Assembly: GCA_900321575.1 (NCBI GenBank)
Contig: ONWT01000047.1
Coordinates: 1-36,238, forward strand
DNA: 36,238 bases
Source of the DNA: an uncultured Lentisphaerota bacterium
GTDB taxonomy: Bacteria; Verrucomicrobiota; Kiritimatiellia; RFP12; UBA1067
Direction of reading: 5' to 3'
Under the pieces are notes generated by a model that was not told the origin of the DNA, ran no database searches, and was given only the letters and a program-made list of their open reading frames with translations. This document shows positions 27,201 through 35,024 of the stretch, one piece after another. Numbering within the stretch: position 1 is the first letter of the stretch; each line of letters starts with the position of its first letter. A program made the position numbers and the translations under genes.

Positions 27201-30200
27201 GACTTCGGAATCGGAAGATGGAGAGATTTCCCATTACATGACTCAGCACGGCGCCGATACCGACGCGGACGGCGTACCTGACGGATGGGAGCTCTACATT
27301 GGCGTCGATCCGGGTGTGGCATTCACCAGCGACGACGAAAGCGCCTACAACAGCATAAGAGACATTGACAAGGCCGACGGGCTTACCCTTGCCTATGAAT
27401 TCGCCGGTACCGATTCTTGCGGCGTTTACTCGGAATGCGCGTCTATATACAAATATCATCCGAGTCAGGATGAGGGCACGATGAAGAACTGGTACAACAA
27501 GTTCTTCCCGACCGATCCTCGCGAAAGCGATACCGACGGCGACTCGATAGACGATGGCGCTGAGGGTAAGAACTGGAAGGATACACTTGTCATCAACCGT
27601 ATTCCTCAGACGGACGAGGCCGGCGTGCTGATAAATTACTTCTCCATTTACGGGTCTCCTGCTGATGACGGCACGACCTCGATTCGCGGCGGCGGCTACA
27701 ACCCCTGCACGATCGATACCGACAGCGATGGTCTGCCCGACCCGTGGGAGCGTCAGTTCACAGGCGTGCTCTTCAATGGCATGACGATTTCGGATACGGA
27801 AGGCATGTCGGTCTTCGGAGAAGGCGGCGGCAAGATCGACGAGAGTGTGCGCAAGGACATAAAGGCTGCAATCGTCGCATACGATATACCGACTAACGTT
27901 CTCGCCGGTGCTGAATTCTATCACATACTCATGGGTATGGACGGCACGGTCGCCGACGCCGCCACCAGCACCGCCCTAGGTGCTTCCGATCTTGACTGGG
28001 ATGGCGACGGTCTGCAGAACTGGCAGGAGTACTTGGTTCAGGCGATGCGCCAGTTCCGCTACGACGACGACAAGACTCCGCTTCTCGGCCGCGACTGCCC
28101 GAATGTTACGGCAAACGGCGAGACGCCGGGCAGTTGGAACGGCGACAAGGGCTTCTTGAAGGTCAGCTATACCGAGCCGTTCACGGATGTTCAGCTCGAC
28201 TTCATAGGTGAAGAACTCGGCTACACCAACTTCGCCTTCTGGGCGAAAAACACCGAGAACTATTTGAAGGACCTAGGCTACTTCATAGATCCTCCCATGG
28301 CGTGGGACCATGCGCGCAATACGCTCCACCAGAAGTATATGCTGCCGCCGGCCAACATAAGGTACTATACCTACGCCAAGGGCAAGTCGCAGGCTACGGA
28401 CGGCTACGGCCATGCAATCTATACGTATGAGCTTCTGGGCAAGACGTATGAATTCACCAATGAAGTCAGCGGTACAGTCATCAGCGGTTATGGCGAGATT
28501 AACGGCAAGTGGCGTAAACTCACACCTAAGATGGTTGACAATGACCTACTTGCTATGGACACCTATGTAGTTTCGCCCGGCAAGTATTTCTCTACCGATC
28601 CTCGCCGTTGGGATACCGATGCCGACGGAATGGATGACTACTATGAGCTCTTCCATGGGCTCAACCCGATTCTCGGCGAAGTGACGCGCGAGGCCGGCAT
28701 GCACGGTACATACTCGAGAAATAGGGATATAATCGCCAGGGCTACAGATGGCAAGGTCAGCCCGGGCAACAACGCTTGGATTGGTTGGGCCAACGAAGAA
28801 GCTCCGGTGTACGATCCCATACGCTATCCGTGGTTGATGGGCGCCGGCGAGTGCGATGCCGACAGCGACGGTTTGCGCAACTTTGAAGAGTCGTTGCTGG
28901 CCAATGTGACATCGCCCAACGCGATGCATACCGACCCGACGCCGCTGTGGATGACCGATGCGTCTGTCAAGACTCGTTCATCCAAGATAATCATCACGAC
29001 AAATACGCCTGTGTTGATCGATATCGGTGGCGGCAATTTTGTGCCGGTCTGGGACTACGATCCGAAGACGGGCGAGGAATTCCAGGTTTACCAGACGACA
29101 ACGGTAGATACCGACGAGAAGGTAGACCTTGTCGACACGCCTTCGTACACCGCCCTCTTCTATGAAAACGAACTTAAGGGCAAAGGCGTCAACAATAGCT
29201 CCGCGATGGCGTCGCTCCCTTATGGCGGGTGGAATCTGAGTGATTCCGCCTACGCCTTCTCGTTCGAGCAGAACGAGGGCTATGACACAGACAACGACTG
29301 GCGCAGCGACGGCGTCGAATTGAAGAACACGGCCGAGGGCGCGAGCGATCCTCTGAACTTTGCCGACCCGCAGCGCCGCCAGAGCGTCTGGTTCGGCGGT
29401 GTCGGCGACGAGGGCATGCTCGTAAGCCGCGAAGACGGCAAGCGCACGGCCGGTGGGGCCGACCTCTTCAAGCAGTTCACGGTCGAGGCCTGGGCGCGTC
29501 CCGAGAATGCCGCCTCCGGCAAGGACCAGTATATTGTCAGCCGTGCGGTGTATTGCAGCGGCTCCAGCCTCGTCAATCCTGAAGCGCAGGTGCGCCTGGA
29601 TTTTGCGCTCGGTCTGGACGGGAACGGCAGGGCCTTTGCCGAGATCATGAACTCGGTCGACGTGTCCTACCGCATAACCGTGGCGACAAACGTGCTGGAC
29701 AATATCTGGACTCATCTTTCTGCAACATTCGACGGCTCGACATTCGTTTTCTACGTCAACGGCAACCCTGTGCAGGCGCAGGAGACAACCATAATTCCCG
29801 CTAACGGCACAACGGCCATTTTGCAGAATCCGCACTTTGTCCGTATGGAGGGCGGCTCCTACAGGCAGAGTCCCAGCATGATAGCGGTTGGCGCGCGTCC
29901 TGTTGGCGAAACGGTCTTCAATATCGCCAATGTGTCGTCTTCGACCGTTTGGAGCGATTTGGCGACCGACTTCTTCAAGGGCAGCGTCGACGAAGTGCGT
30001 TGCTGGGACGGCGCACGCACGGCGGACGAAATCAAGAGTGACTACCGTACGCGCTACACGCCAGAGCGTGTGAAGGAGAACCGCCTCGCCGTCTATGACG
30101 CCTATATAGCCGGTGGAAGCCGCAACGACACCAACGGCAGAAAGATTCTGCCTCCCGAGTTGATACACCACTACGACTTCTCGACTCTCGCGGGTGCCCA

Positions 30201-33200
30201 TGAAGCTGCGTATGTACAGCAGGTTCCCGCCGGTTTTGGCAGCAAGCTGCTCGATTCCGTGCGTCGTCCCGACACAGGGGCGCGCATGGATGAACTGGTC
30301 GAGGTTGGCTGGTGGCGCGGTGTCGTCGGCCATCCCGATATTGGCTCGAAGGTCTACACGTCCCCCAATGCGGTGCCGTGGGTGCAGGATACGGTCGCGC
30401 ATCTGCCGAAACTCTGCGGCAGCGTCGCCGATAGCGTGTTCTGGAGCGAGAACTTCGCTGGCTATGTCGCCGCCGAAGATAACGGATTGTCGACGTATTC
30501 GTTCCCGAATTCGATGAATCCGTACAATGTCGTCGAAACGCTGAACGAGTATTCCTATCTGCGGGCCAAGCTCGCGAAGGTAAGCAACACGACGAACGAG
30601 ACGGCAAACCTCTATCCGGAGATGTCGCTCATGACGAATGGAACCGTCTTCGCACGCTTCTATTACGACAACCGCCGCGGTTTCTCGGGCAACTCCGATC
30701 TTGTCCCGCTCGGCAGCGCTTTCGCCAAGCGTCTTGAGGAAAGCTGGGATGAGCAGGGCTCCGAAACTCCGTGGGCGATAACCACAAACGGCTCTTCTGT
30801 CGACGGTGATTCTGACGATGACGGCATACCCGATTGGGCCGAGGATGCCGGATATGCCTATCCGTTCGACTATCTCAAGGCTCTTGCCGGCGGACTTCTG
30901 CCGGACGGTACGACAAATCCTGCGTTCGCCAACGAAGAGGACTTCGATGCGGACGGCGTGCCAGACTGGTGGGAGAAGTACTATGGCGTCTACCAGTACA
31001 ACGCGGATGACGATACCGACGGTGACGGACTCTCCAACTATCAGGAATATCTGATCAGCGTCAAGTATACGAATCTCGACCCGCATTACAATCTCAATCC
31101 AAAGAGTGCGTATTCGGCCGGTACGGCTGTTTCGGACTACTTCCTCCGCTACGGCAACCTCTATTACGGCGAACTTTTCGCAGACCATGACCACATCGAA
31201 GACTGGTGGGAAGACGCGCATCAGGCCGAGTTCACGCTTGGCACGACGCGCCTCGCCGATTTCTCGCGCTTTGTCTACGATGCGAACCGCGATGTCTTGG
31301 GCGACGGCAGAAAGAATTGGGATGTAGCCCGGTTGGCCGTCCGCTTTGGCGAGGAGGGCATCTATTCCAAAGTCGTCAACACCATTACATTGACCCGCTC
31401 GAAACCTACCGAGGCCGAGTTGGACGATTGGGTTGAGGCTCTAAGGCAATCCAGTGATGCCACCGCTTCTGTTATTTCCTACACGACTACGGTCGCTAGC
31501 GATGACAGTTCGAGAACTGGAGTCATGTATACCCGAACAGTGCAGATTGCAATACCGACAACAGTCTTCAGCACGATGGAAAACCGCCACTATCCTGAAA
31601 TTGACGCATCGTTCATCTATAGAGGCGGTAGGCATGATATTGCTACGAATTCCGTACTTGTGTTGAGCGCATGGTGCAAGTCGAGCCCGATAACCGGCAA
31701 TCCCGATGCCCAGTGGGTTGTCAATGTAGGCGATATTTGCGATACCCTGACTCGAGCCCAGCTAGGCTCTCAGCCGCAGCAAGGCTATCTCAGACCTGGC
31801 CCGAATACGTTCACGGCCTATATCGTGCCCGCTGCAGACACAGAAACCATACCTCCCTACAATGTCGGGTTGCCTTTCGGCGTTGTCACCGATGTCGAGG
31901 TCGGCAGCATGGCGGTCGAGCCGTTTGCGATAGAACTTACCGACACCAATGCGTCCATGCCGCGTATTGACATTGTAAACGCGCTGAAGCTTCAGGATGT
32001 TTACGCTCAGGCTGCCGGTGCGGGCAGTGATGACGCGTTGGTCCTCTACAAGGAAATGTCCGAAAAATGCACAGATCGCGGTTACTTTGGCGAATCCGAC
32101 GGCCTTAGGCAGTCCGACTATGTCGGCCTTGATACGCGCGGCGCATCGACCAATGAAATAGACAAGGTGCGTGTGAGAATTCTCCGCTCAGGCGTCAACG
32201 GCCAGTTTGTGTGGAACGGGGTCGATTTCGCCAGCAGCGAACCCGTTCTCGATACGGTGTTGCCGGTTGGAGTGCATGATATCATAACAGAAGCGGACAT
32301 TCTCTCCGCCTGTTCCGACGCCGACCTTGATTGGGGCGCCGTTCGCCAGATATGCATAGACAATCGCCTGCAGTGGATCGATATCTCGAACATCAGTTAC
32401 CGCATTGTTCTGTTCGACGGCACAACCGATCGCACCATTGCGACCAACAACAACCTGTGCGTTATGTTCGTCAACCGGTTCGAAGACGAGCTGACACCTG
32501 TCGCGAATATGGATGTTCGTACCTATAGCGGACAGCCGACATTCAGCTGGACCCACGACAACACTATCGGCAAGGAGTATCCTGCTTTCCAGTTGCGCGT
32601 GTGGGAAGTTGACGGCTCGACGCTAGTCTTCGATTCGGGCGTCCAGCGTGCGCCTGCCCGCGATGCCGCAGGCCGCTACAACTGGACGGCTCCCCTCTGG
32701 GTGGGCTCGATTACCGACAAGGACATTGTCTTCGAGCCAAACAAGACCTACCTGTGGAGCGTTTCCATGCTCGATGCGAAATACATCAAGCCAATCGGCG
32801 AGACCAAGGTCAAATTCATGATGCAGGAGACTTCGCCTAGCGGCGGTTCGACCGACTACGGCATCATTCCCGTAACGGTCAAGTATCTTGGGCCAGGCGA
32901 AGTCGTCACAAACAGCCATGTTAAGTGTCTGCGCGTAGAAGCGTTCATTTCGCAGGACTTCACCGGGGTGCCGTTCGGAGTTGGCTATGTGGCCGACGAC
33001 ACAGATCTCCGTTCGATTTACAAGAACTCCGTCAACGTACACATTGCTGGTCTGCCGACTGACCGCGAGTACTACATCCGCGCATACATCGATACGAACG
33101 GCAACGGCAAGCACGAAGACTGGGAGAGCTGGGGCTACGCCTGCTACCGCGGCGCATCCGACCGCAATGACTACTATACGCCCCGTTCGTTCAAGCCGGC

Positions 33201-33846
33201 GAATGTCGAGCAGGCTGTTGATTGCGACATCTATGTCGAAGATGCCGACACAAACTGCAACATGGTGCCCGACATTCTGGAGTATCAGACCGACGGCAAT
33301 GGGCAGAAGTTGCTCTCGCCCTACATAGCCTACACGGCGAGCGATGCCTCCAAGATAGCTGCTGTCGACGATGCGAAGTCCGGCACCTCGGGCAATAAGA
33401 AGACGCTCAGGTCCGCGGCCCCGCTCTACGCATATGCTACCGCGCTCAATGCGATGGCCACTAGTGCCACGACGCCCGGTCTGCTTGCCGTCGCCACTGG
33501 CGGTGTCAACTACGAGAGCACCGACTCGACCCACATCAAGATCAAGTCCTTCTCGCTTGAAGAGGGCATCTCGCTTGAGGTTGTCGTTGACGAGGACTAC
33601 CAGGTTGTCAGCTACGGCTACGACACCGGCACGATCAAGGTTGGCGTCGAATATGCCACGACTCTCGAAAACGGCGGCGATTGGCAGAGTGCCGGCGAGC
33701 CTGACTCGATATCGTTCCCGCTTAAGGCCGGCACGACCGAAATCGGCGCCGAGAACCTGGACGCCATCAAGGCGGCAATCGAAAAGATCGAATCCAAGGT
33801 GGCCGGTGCGGCGTACTTCCGCGTGAAGGCCGTAGCCATAGAATGA
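21256..33846 (+). CDS. Giant secreted protein 2 (4196 aa): signal peptide, Ig/PKD-like N-terminal third, about 13 thrombospondin-type-3 Ca-binding repeats with an embedded LamG domain, unassigned C-terminal ~900 aa
   Basis: A single uninterrupted 12.6-kb ORF. The signal peptide is MRKNTMKIKNLAKMTVAAFSLLASVTLAKA|GD, with an alternative start at Met6 (21271). No anchoring signal I can recognise is present (no LPXTG, PEP-CTERM, T9SS CTD or autotransporter barrel). Confidence 0.9.
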   Translation: MRKNTMKIKNLAKMTVAAFSLLASVTLAKAGDIYSIDLVSTSLYGGRVPTKDSPLLAGEKAVIRVRMVNRGWDDPTASGGRTWYFSPKVAFSDEMVKSPSFAPAFGFLLGGKAIYATYLDTVNVSTTYTDIFFEYTVQTGDLALPALYMGKDGDPVTSESVTPEYSLRNSLYWALTNDKSETATLSFAAAEVYDDITKPTDQPGSPNSEPTGDALGLYVKTVDFDENYSDPDNAIWRSVGYNDTDTSNGVQPSITVKGGVAESATTVYVWVEDETKAEPYPRKSATQPNGAEGYDDGYGERLILPVTIAAGSQSQTFLLKGLALDETATVCMSSSKDRIKVTGGFKTTWVSRKINIVQLEPSVTLTLRDLNGDATSELQCSDNYKEYIATLDVKLSTTPTGNIDVDISADPDVLKTSPTNIVLSTSSDKALNPWESPVTKVSFSAGDANPTKTLFVYALGSSDQIENTAATFTPSSTSAAATQFTKWNSCKMTLKRASATVKPQDSQSTIDDMELSSDYDLTLVVGGSYNDLRNVGGNWTVKYYFKDATGKILGGKTIKNPYTATAPATVTGGDLTGTLLLTIPSDHISADAASLELWVVSPSGSVSDHAVISIPEGPSRGMEAFVVDADTEENLYEIEANEGDVKTFKFKLSEKYNNVAYAFLKPQEDSMTNSISCSFYAYDGYKGVTIDLKNGVSRVAKMTMLDGEAIGRFEVVICSSEEYDATKKLDYNSGAVLTVAAANVEPVVREVRYGSTSVAPGGKLSVALPLNIDSTFRATIYEPGKGDLATFETQWYFDDDPYGGVNGDGWYSVVGDPSKTNMTHKFSSSGTWSVKVRCRDKEMAAEDEWSDEFAFTVSVDDEPAVIITPRTGGYTYYEDQTGLAESAFDVSLIGAPVISAGNDPLKVRLTVQNLGASGLVELSTNLVTFTTRQDGRSGNDALSHSFYFKALNGTIDSGNEGFAITATVENPEVDTLGRTWNPTTMNVFILNRPPVLNKPEERNDSEGKPLVTTTHIGETITIPWAVNDVLADKTNLTVTATTDEGKTWTTNTFTAGTSGQFEVRFDEAGASKTITITVTDPELDSNSATLYYTIAASKVLNIAATGPSSGDASIALSSRYARAKGLGAGRVFVSKSDATFARAEDFNLFWNCGMKTTVYAYGYGYQPDDTDDGTLIGDLDIALDEDGNTYDIGDSYYTYNPADNCGSFFYGWLKAKEAGGKDYELTPSPEIRSVKNGKVKATSTRGSIDLPQDKTEDEQGYAQTYAEAVFAKEYKESDNMGDINADGVPDYFAILDYANGRLAEPDGQGAELAAVNALNDDEDYLPGNAQIVGASFIPGETSGWSTRGAPFTARMEIRGFGGADEGGADEAEDLNATAYGGLNYGMFKFGAELETGWVSDLDLTQNEKISLLNHVFARRDAILNRRYTQRPGANKFDGGDWVVVTNLLSTLIRSDTSYYENGANARKAYIAGFNDSGEDAIDGWNEGLGLGHKILVPVTNVVAAVIGKEELYPAITNVTTNVCWVSESYTTAGHVPRAITNTVEVVTNIYTVGTTVTTNLFWRTPYDSITIADVNVGEWLNRKASETAFDIAQKAAKEYIDHIWSHYLNRDTSEWGWTCENRTDPTLDDTDGDGFPDGYEYYIWYSAVVGFNGNTLSGYRLDVADRDSRGIPITSDEIARLYNPNVEGNIHRDTDNDGIADYEEMVLGTNPFDWDTDGDGLSDGYELTYNMDPLSASGEHGCDMNTDGDFMAFVDVADNNEREEFKNLLQYRYIYTATNGTTWAFSTNLTAEIRYIAQRYPATNVFELAGVKAFKVGKYGVTKYTDDSGVTKYYDDYYIPATEKLDKLLEFLDPDATAYEFDSAWTNAATFVINPQIAPVTLRVDKRNTGLPEPPDVAMGLFHHQVHSALGFDPRTGWYSSGNGLSMTSRWKNNAGSVVPGGAPQNTVAYTAKYEYNLPKYLKIVNSDVVWNPTNPGVPYEATSESEDGEISHYMTQHGADTDADGVPDGWELYIGVDPGVAFTSDDESAYNSIRDIDKADGLTLAYEFAGTDSCGVYSECASIYKYHPSQDEGTMKNWYNKFFPTDPRESDTDGDSIDDGAEGKNWKDTLVINRIPQTDEAGVLINYFSIYGSPADDGTTSIRGGGYNPCTIDTDSDGLPDPWERQFTGVLFNGMTISDTEGMSVFGEGGGKIDESVRKDIKAAIVAYDIPTNVLAGAEFYHILMGMDGTVADAATSTALGASDLDWDGDGLQNWQEYLVQAMRQFRYDDDKTPLLGRDCPNVTANGETPGSWNGDKGFLKVSYTEPFTDVQLDFIGEELGYTNFAFWAKNTENYLKDLGYFIDPPMAWDHARNTLHQKYMLPPANIRYYTYAKGKSQATDGYGHAIYTYELLGKTYEFTNEVSGTVISGYGEINGKWRKLTPKMVDNDLLAMDTYVVSPGKYFSTDPRRWDTDADGMDDYYELFHGLNPILGEVTREAGMHGTYSRNRDIIARATDGKVSPGNNAWIGWANEEAPVYDPIRYPWLMGAGECDADSDGLRNFEESLLANVTSPNAMHTDPTPLWMTDASVKTRSSKIIITTNTPVLIDIGGGNFVPVWDYDPKTGEEFQVYQTTTVDTDEKVDLVDTPSYTALFYENELKGKGVNNSSAMASLPYGGWNLSDSAYAFSFEQNEGYDTDNDWRSDGVELKNTAEGASDPLNFADPQRRQSVWFGGVGDEGMLVSREDGKRTAGGADLFKQFTVEAWARPENAASGKDQYIVSRAVYCSGSSLVNPEAQVRLDFALGLDGNGRAFAEIMNSVDVSYRITVATNVLDNIWTHLSATFDGSTFVFYVNGNPVQAQETTIIPANGTTAILQNPHFVRMEGGSYRQSPSMIAVGARPVGETVFNIANVSSSTVWSDLATDFFKGSVDEVRCWDGARTADEIKSDYRTRYTPERVKENRLAVYDAYIAGGSRNDTNGRKILPPELIHHYDFSTLAGAHEAAYVQQVPAGFGSKLLDSVRRPDTGARMDELVEVGWWRGVVGHPDIGSKVYTSPNAVPWVQDTVAHLPKLCGSVADSVFWSENFAGYVAAEDNGLSTYSFPNSMNPYNVVETLNEYSYLRAKLAKVSNTTNETANLYPEMSLMTNGTVFARFYYDNRRGFSGNSDLVPLGSAFAKRLEESWDEQGSETPWAITTNGSSVDGDSDDDGIPDWAEDAGYAYPFDYLKALAGGLLPDGTTNPAFANEEDFDADGVPDWWEKYYGVYQYNADDDTDGDGLSNYQEYLISVKYTNLDPHYNLNPKSAYSAGTAVSDYFLRYGNLYYGELFADHDHIEDWWEDAHQAEFTLGTTRLADFSRFVYDANRDVLGDGRKNWDVARLAVRFGEEGIYSKVVNTITLTRSKPTEAELDDWVEALRQSSDATASVISYTTTVASDDSSRTGVMYTRTVQIAIPTTVFSTMENRHYPEIDASFIYRGGRHDIATNSVLVLSAWCKSSPITGNPDAQWVVNVGDICDTLTRAQLGSQPQQGYLRPGPNTFTAYIVPAADTETIPPYNVGLPFGVVTDVEVGSMAVEPFAIELTDTNASMPRIDIVNALKLQDVYAQAAGAGSDDALVLYKEMSEKCTDRGYFGESDGLRQSDYVGLDTRGASTNEIDKVRVRILRSGVNGQFVWNGVDFASSEPVLDTVLPVGVHDIITEADILSACSDADLDWGAVRQICIDNRLQWIDISNISYRIVLFDGTTDRTIATNNNLCVMFVNRFEDELTPVANMDVRTYSGQPTFSWTHDNTIGKEYPAFQLRVWEVDGSTLVFDSGVQRAPARDAAGRYNWTAPLWVGSITDKDIVFEPNKTYLWSVSMLDAKYIKPIGETKVKFMMQETSPSGGSTDYGIIPVTVKYLGPGEVVTNSHVKCLRVEAFISQDFTGVPFGVGYVADDTDLRSIYKNSVNVHIAGLPTDREYYIRAYIDTNGNGKHEDWESWGYACYRGASDRNDYYTPRSFKPANVEQAVDCDIYVEDADTNCNMVPDILEYQTDGNGQKLLSPYIAYTASDASKIAAVDDAKSGTSGNKKTLRSAAPLYAYATALNAMATSATTPGLLAVATGGVNYESTDSTHIKIKSFSLEEGISLEVVVDEDYQVVSYGYDTGTIKVGVEYATTLENGGDWQSAGEPDSISFPLKAGTTEIGAENLDAIKAAIEKIESKVAGAAYFRVKAVAIE
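23560..23840 (+). other. PKD-like domain in giant 2
   Basis: FETQWYFDDDPYGGVNGDGWYSVVGDPSKTNMTHKFSSSGTWSVKVRCRDKEM...FAFTVSV resembles the PKD pattern W.FGDG....G....H.Y...G.Y.V.L.V.D. Boundaries are approximate. Confidence 0.45.
25336..25365 (+). repeat. Perfect 15-bp tandem duplication (GGCGGAGCGGACGAA x2), in frame (GGADE-GGADE)
   Basis: Read directly from the sequence. Both copies are in the giant 2 reading frame, since 25336 is a codon start. Confidence 0.9.
26137..31053 (+). repeat. Dispersed thrombospondin type-3-like calcium-binding repeats (DxDxDGxxDxxE), about 13 copies
   Basis: Examples are DDTDGDGFPDGYE, RDTDNDGIADYEE, DTDGDGLSDGYE, DTDADGVPDGWE, DTDGDSIDDGAE, DTDSDGLPDPWE, DWDGDGLQNWQE, DTDADGMDDYYE, DADSDGLRNFEE, DTDNDWRSDGVE, DSDDDGIPDWAE, DADGVPDWWE and DTDGDGLSNYQE. 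They were counted by eye and their DNA sequences have diverged. Confidence 0.7.
29380..30045 (+). other. LamG (concanavalin-A-like / Laminin_G_3-like) domain embedded among the TSP3 repeats of giant 2
   Basis: QSVWFGG..GMLVSRE...FTVEAWARPENA...QYIVSRA...WTHLSATFDGSTFVFYVNGNPV...FKGSVDEVRCWDGARTADEIKSDY follows the same pattern as the three LamG units of giant 1. Confidence 0.6.
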
Positions 33847-33874
33847 TCTAGACAACACAAGAGAAAGAAAATCA

Positions 33875-35011
33875 ATGAAGAAGACGATAAAGAAGGTTCT
33901 GGTCGTAAATTCCGGTTCCAGCTCGCTCAAGTACCAGCTGTTCGACATGTCGACGGAGACGCGTCTCGCGAAGGGTCTTGTCGAGCGCATCGGCGCCGGC
34001 GGCCCCGCCAACCATGCCGAGGCGCTCAAGAAGGTCGTTGAAGACTTGGGCTCGCCGAAGGATATCGACGCGATCGGCCACCGTGTTCTGCACGGCGCCG
34101 AGGTGTTCAAGGACTCCGTCAAGGTCGACGCGAAGGTTCTGGCGAAGCTCGACAAGCTCGTCAAGTTCGGTCCGCTGCACATGCCGGCGAACATCGGCGG
34201 CATCCGCGCGTGCCAGCAGATATTCAAGGGCGTGCCGAACGTGGCCGTCTTCGACACGGCTTTCCACCAGACGATGCCCGACTGCGCGGCGATGTACGCG
34301 ATCGATCCGAAGTACTACAAGAAGATGGGTATCCGCAAGTACGGTTTCCACGGCACCAGCCACAAGTTCGTGACCCAGGCCGCCGCAGCGCTTCTGAAGA
34401 AGCCTCTCTCCAAGGTGAACCTCGTAACGTGCCATCTCGGCAACGGTTCGTCGCTCGCCGCGATCAAGGGCGGTGAAGTGGTCGATACGACGATGGGGCT
34501 CACGCCTCTCGCCGGTCTCGTGATGGGCACCCGCTGCGGCGATATCGACGCGGCCGCAGTGCTCTCCATAATGGAGGCCGAGAAGAAGACCCCCGCCGAG
34601 ATGGACAAGCTTCTCAACAAGCAGTCCGGCCTGCAGGCGCTTTCCGGCGTGCCCGGCGGCGACTGCCGCGATATCGTGGCGAAGGCCGCGAAGGGCGACA
34701 AGGGCGCGGAGCTCGCGCTTGAGATGCTCGGCTACCGTACGGCTCTCTACATCGGCGCCTACAACACCATCATAGGCGGAGCGGACGCGATAATCATGAC
34801 CGGCGGCATCGGCGAGAATTCTTCCGAGGCGCGCGAGCGCATCGTCGGCCGTCTCGCCGCCTTGGGCATCAAGCTCGACAAGAAGGTCAACGCCAAGACG
34901 CGCGGCACGGTGACGGTAATATCGACAAAAGATTCGAAGATTCCCGTGATTGTGCTTCCTACAAACGAAGAGCTTATGATCGCCAAGGATACCGTCAAGG
35001 TTCTCGGCTGA
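33875..35011 (+). CDS. ackA: Acetate kinase
   Basis: The 378-aa product shows VLVVNSGSSSLKYQLFDM, IGHRVLHGAE, AVFDTAFHQTMP, YGFHGTSHKFV, CHLGNGSSLAAIKGG and TGGIGENS. The start lies only 28 nt after the giant 2 stop. Confidence 0.95.
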   Translation: MKKTIKKVLVVNSGSSSLKYQLFDMSTETRLAKGLVERIGAGGPANHAEALKKVVEDLGSPKDIDAIGHRVLHGAEVFKDSVKVDAKVLAKLDKLVKFGPLHMPANIGGIRACQQIFKGVPNVAVFDTAFHQTMPDCAAMYAIDPKYYKKMGIRKYGFHGTSHKFVTQAAAALLKKPLSKVNLVTCHLGNGSSLAAIKGGEVVDTTMGLTPLAGLVMGTRCGDIDAAAVLSIMEAEKKTPAEMDKLLNKQSGLQALSGVPGGDCRDIVAKAAKGDKGAELALEMLGYRTALYIGAYNTIIGGADAIIMTGGIGENSSEARERIVGRLAALGIKLDKKVNAKTRGTVTVISTKDSKIPVIVLPTNEELMIAKDTVKVLG

Positions 35012-35024
35012 AAGGTGATGTAAA

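Noticed and set aside
26137-31053. The TSP3-like repeats considered as a DNA-level tandem array or a recombination or phase-variation cassette.
   Set aside because: - The copies are separated by hundreds of nt of unique sequence.
- They share only the short Asp-rich motif and use different codons.
- They are protein-level repeats, not a repetitive DNA element.
28978-31221. Very long ORFs antisense to the giant genes and to housekeeping genes. Examples are 28978..31221 (747 aa), 14702..16462 (586 aa), 22477..24054 (525 aa), 24577..26073 (498 aa), 32623..34257 (544 aa), 33872..35236 (454 aa), 6739..8130 (463 aa) and 5784..6899 (371 aa), all on the - strand.
   Set aside because: - Their translations are R/A/G/V/H-rich and low in complexity, with no recognisable motifs.
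- They lie exactly opposite ORFs with clear domain signatures.
- Long stop-free antisense frames are expected in GC-rich coding DNA with this codon bias.
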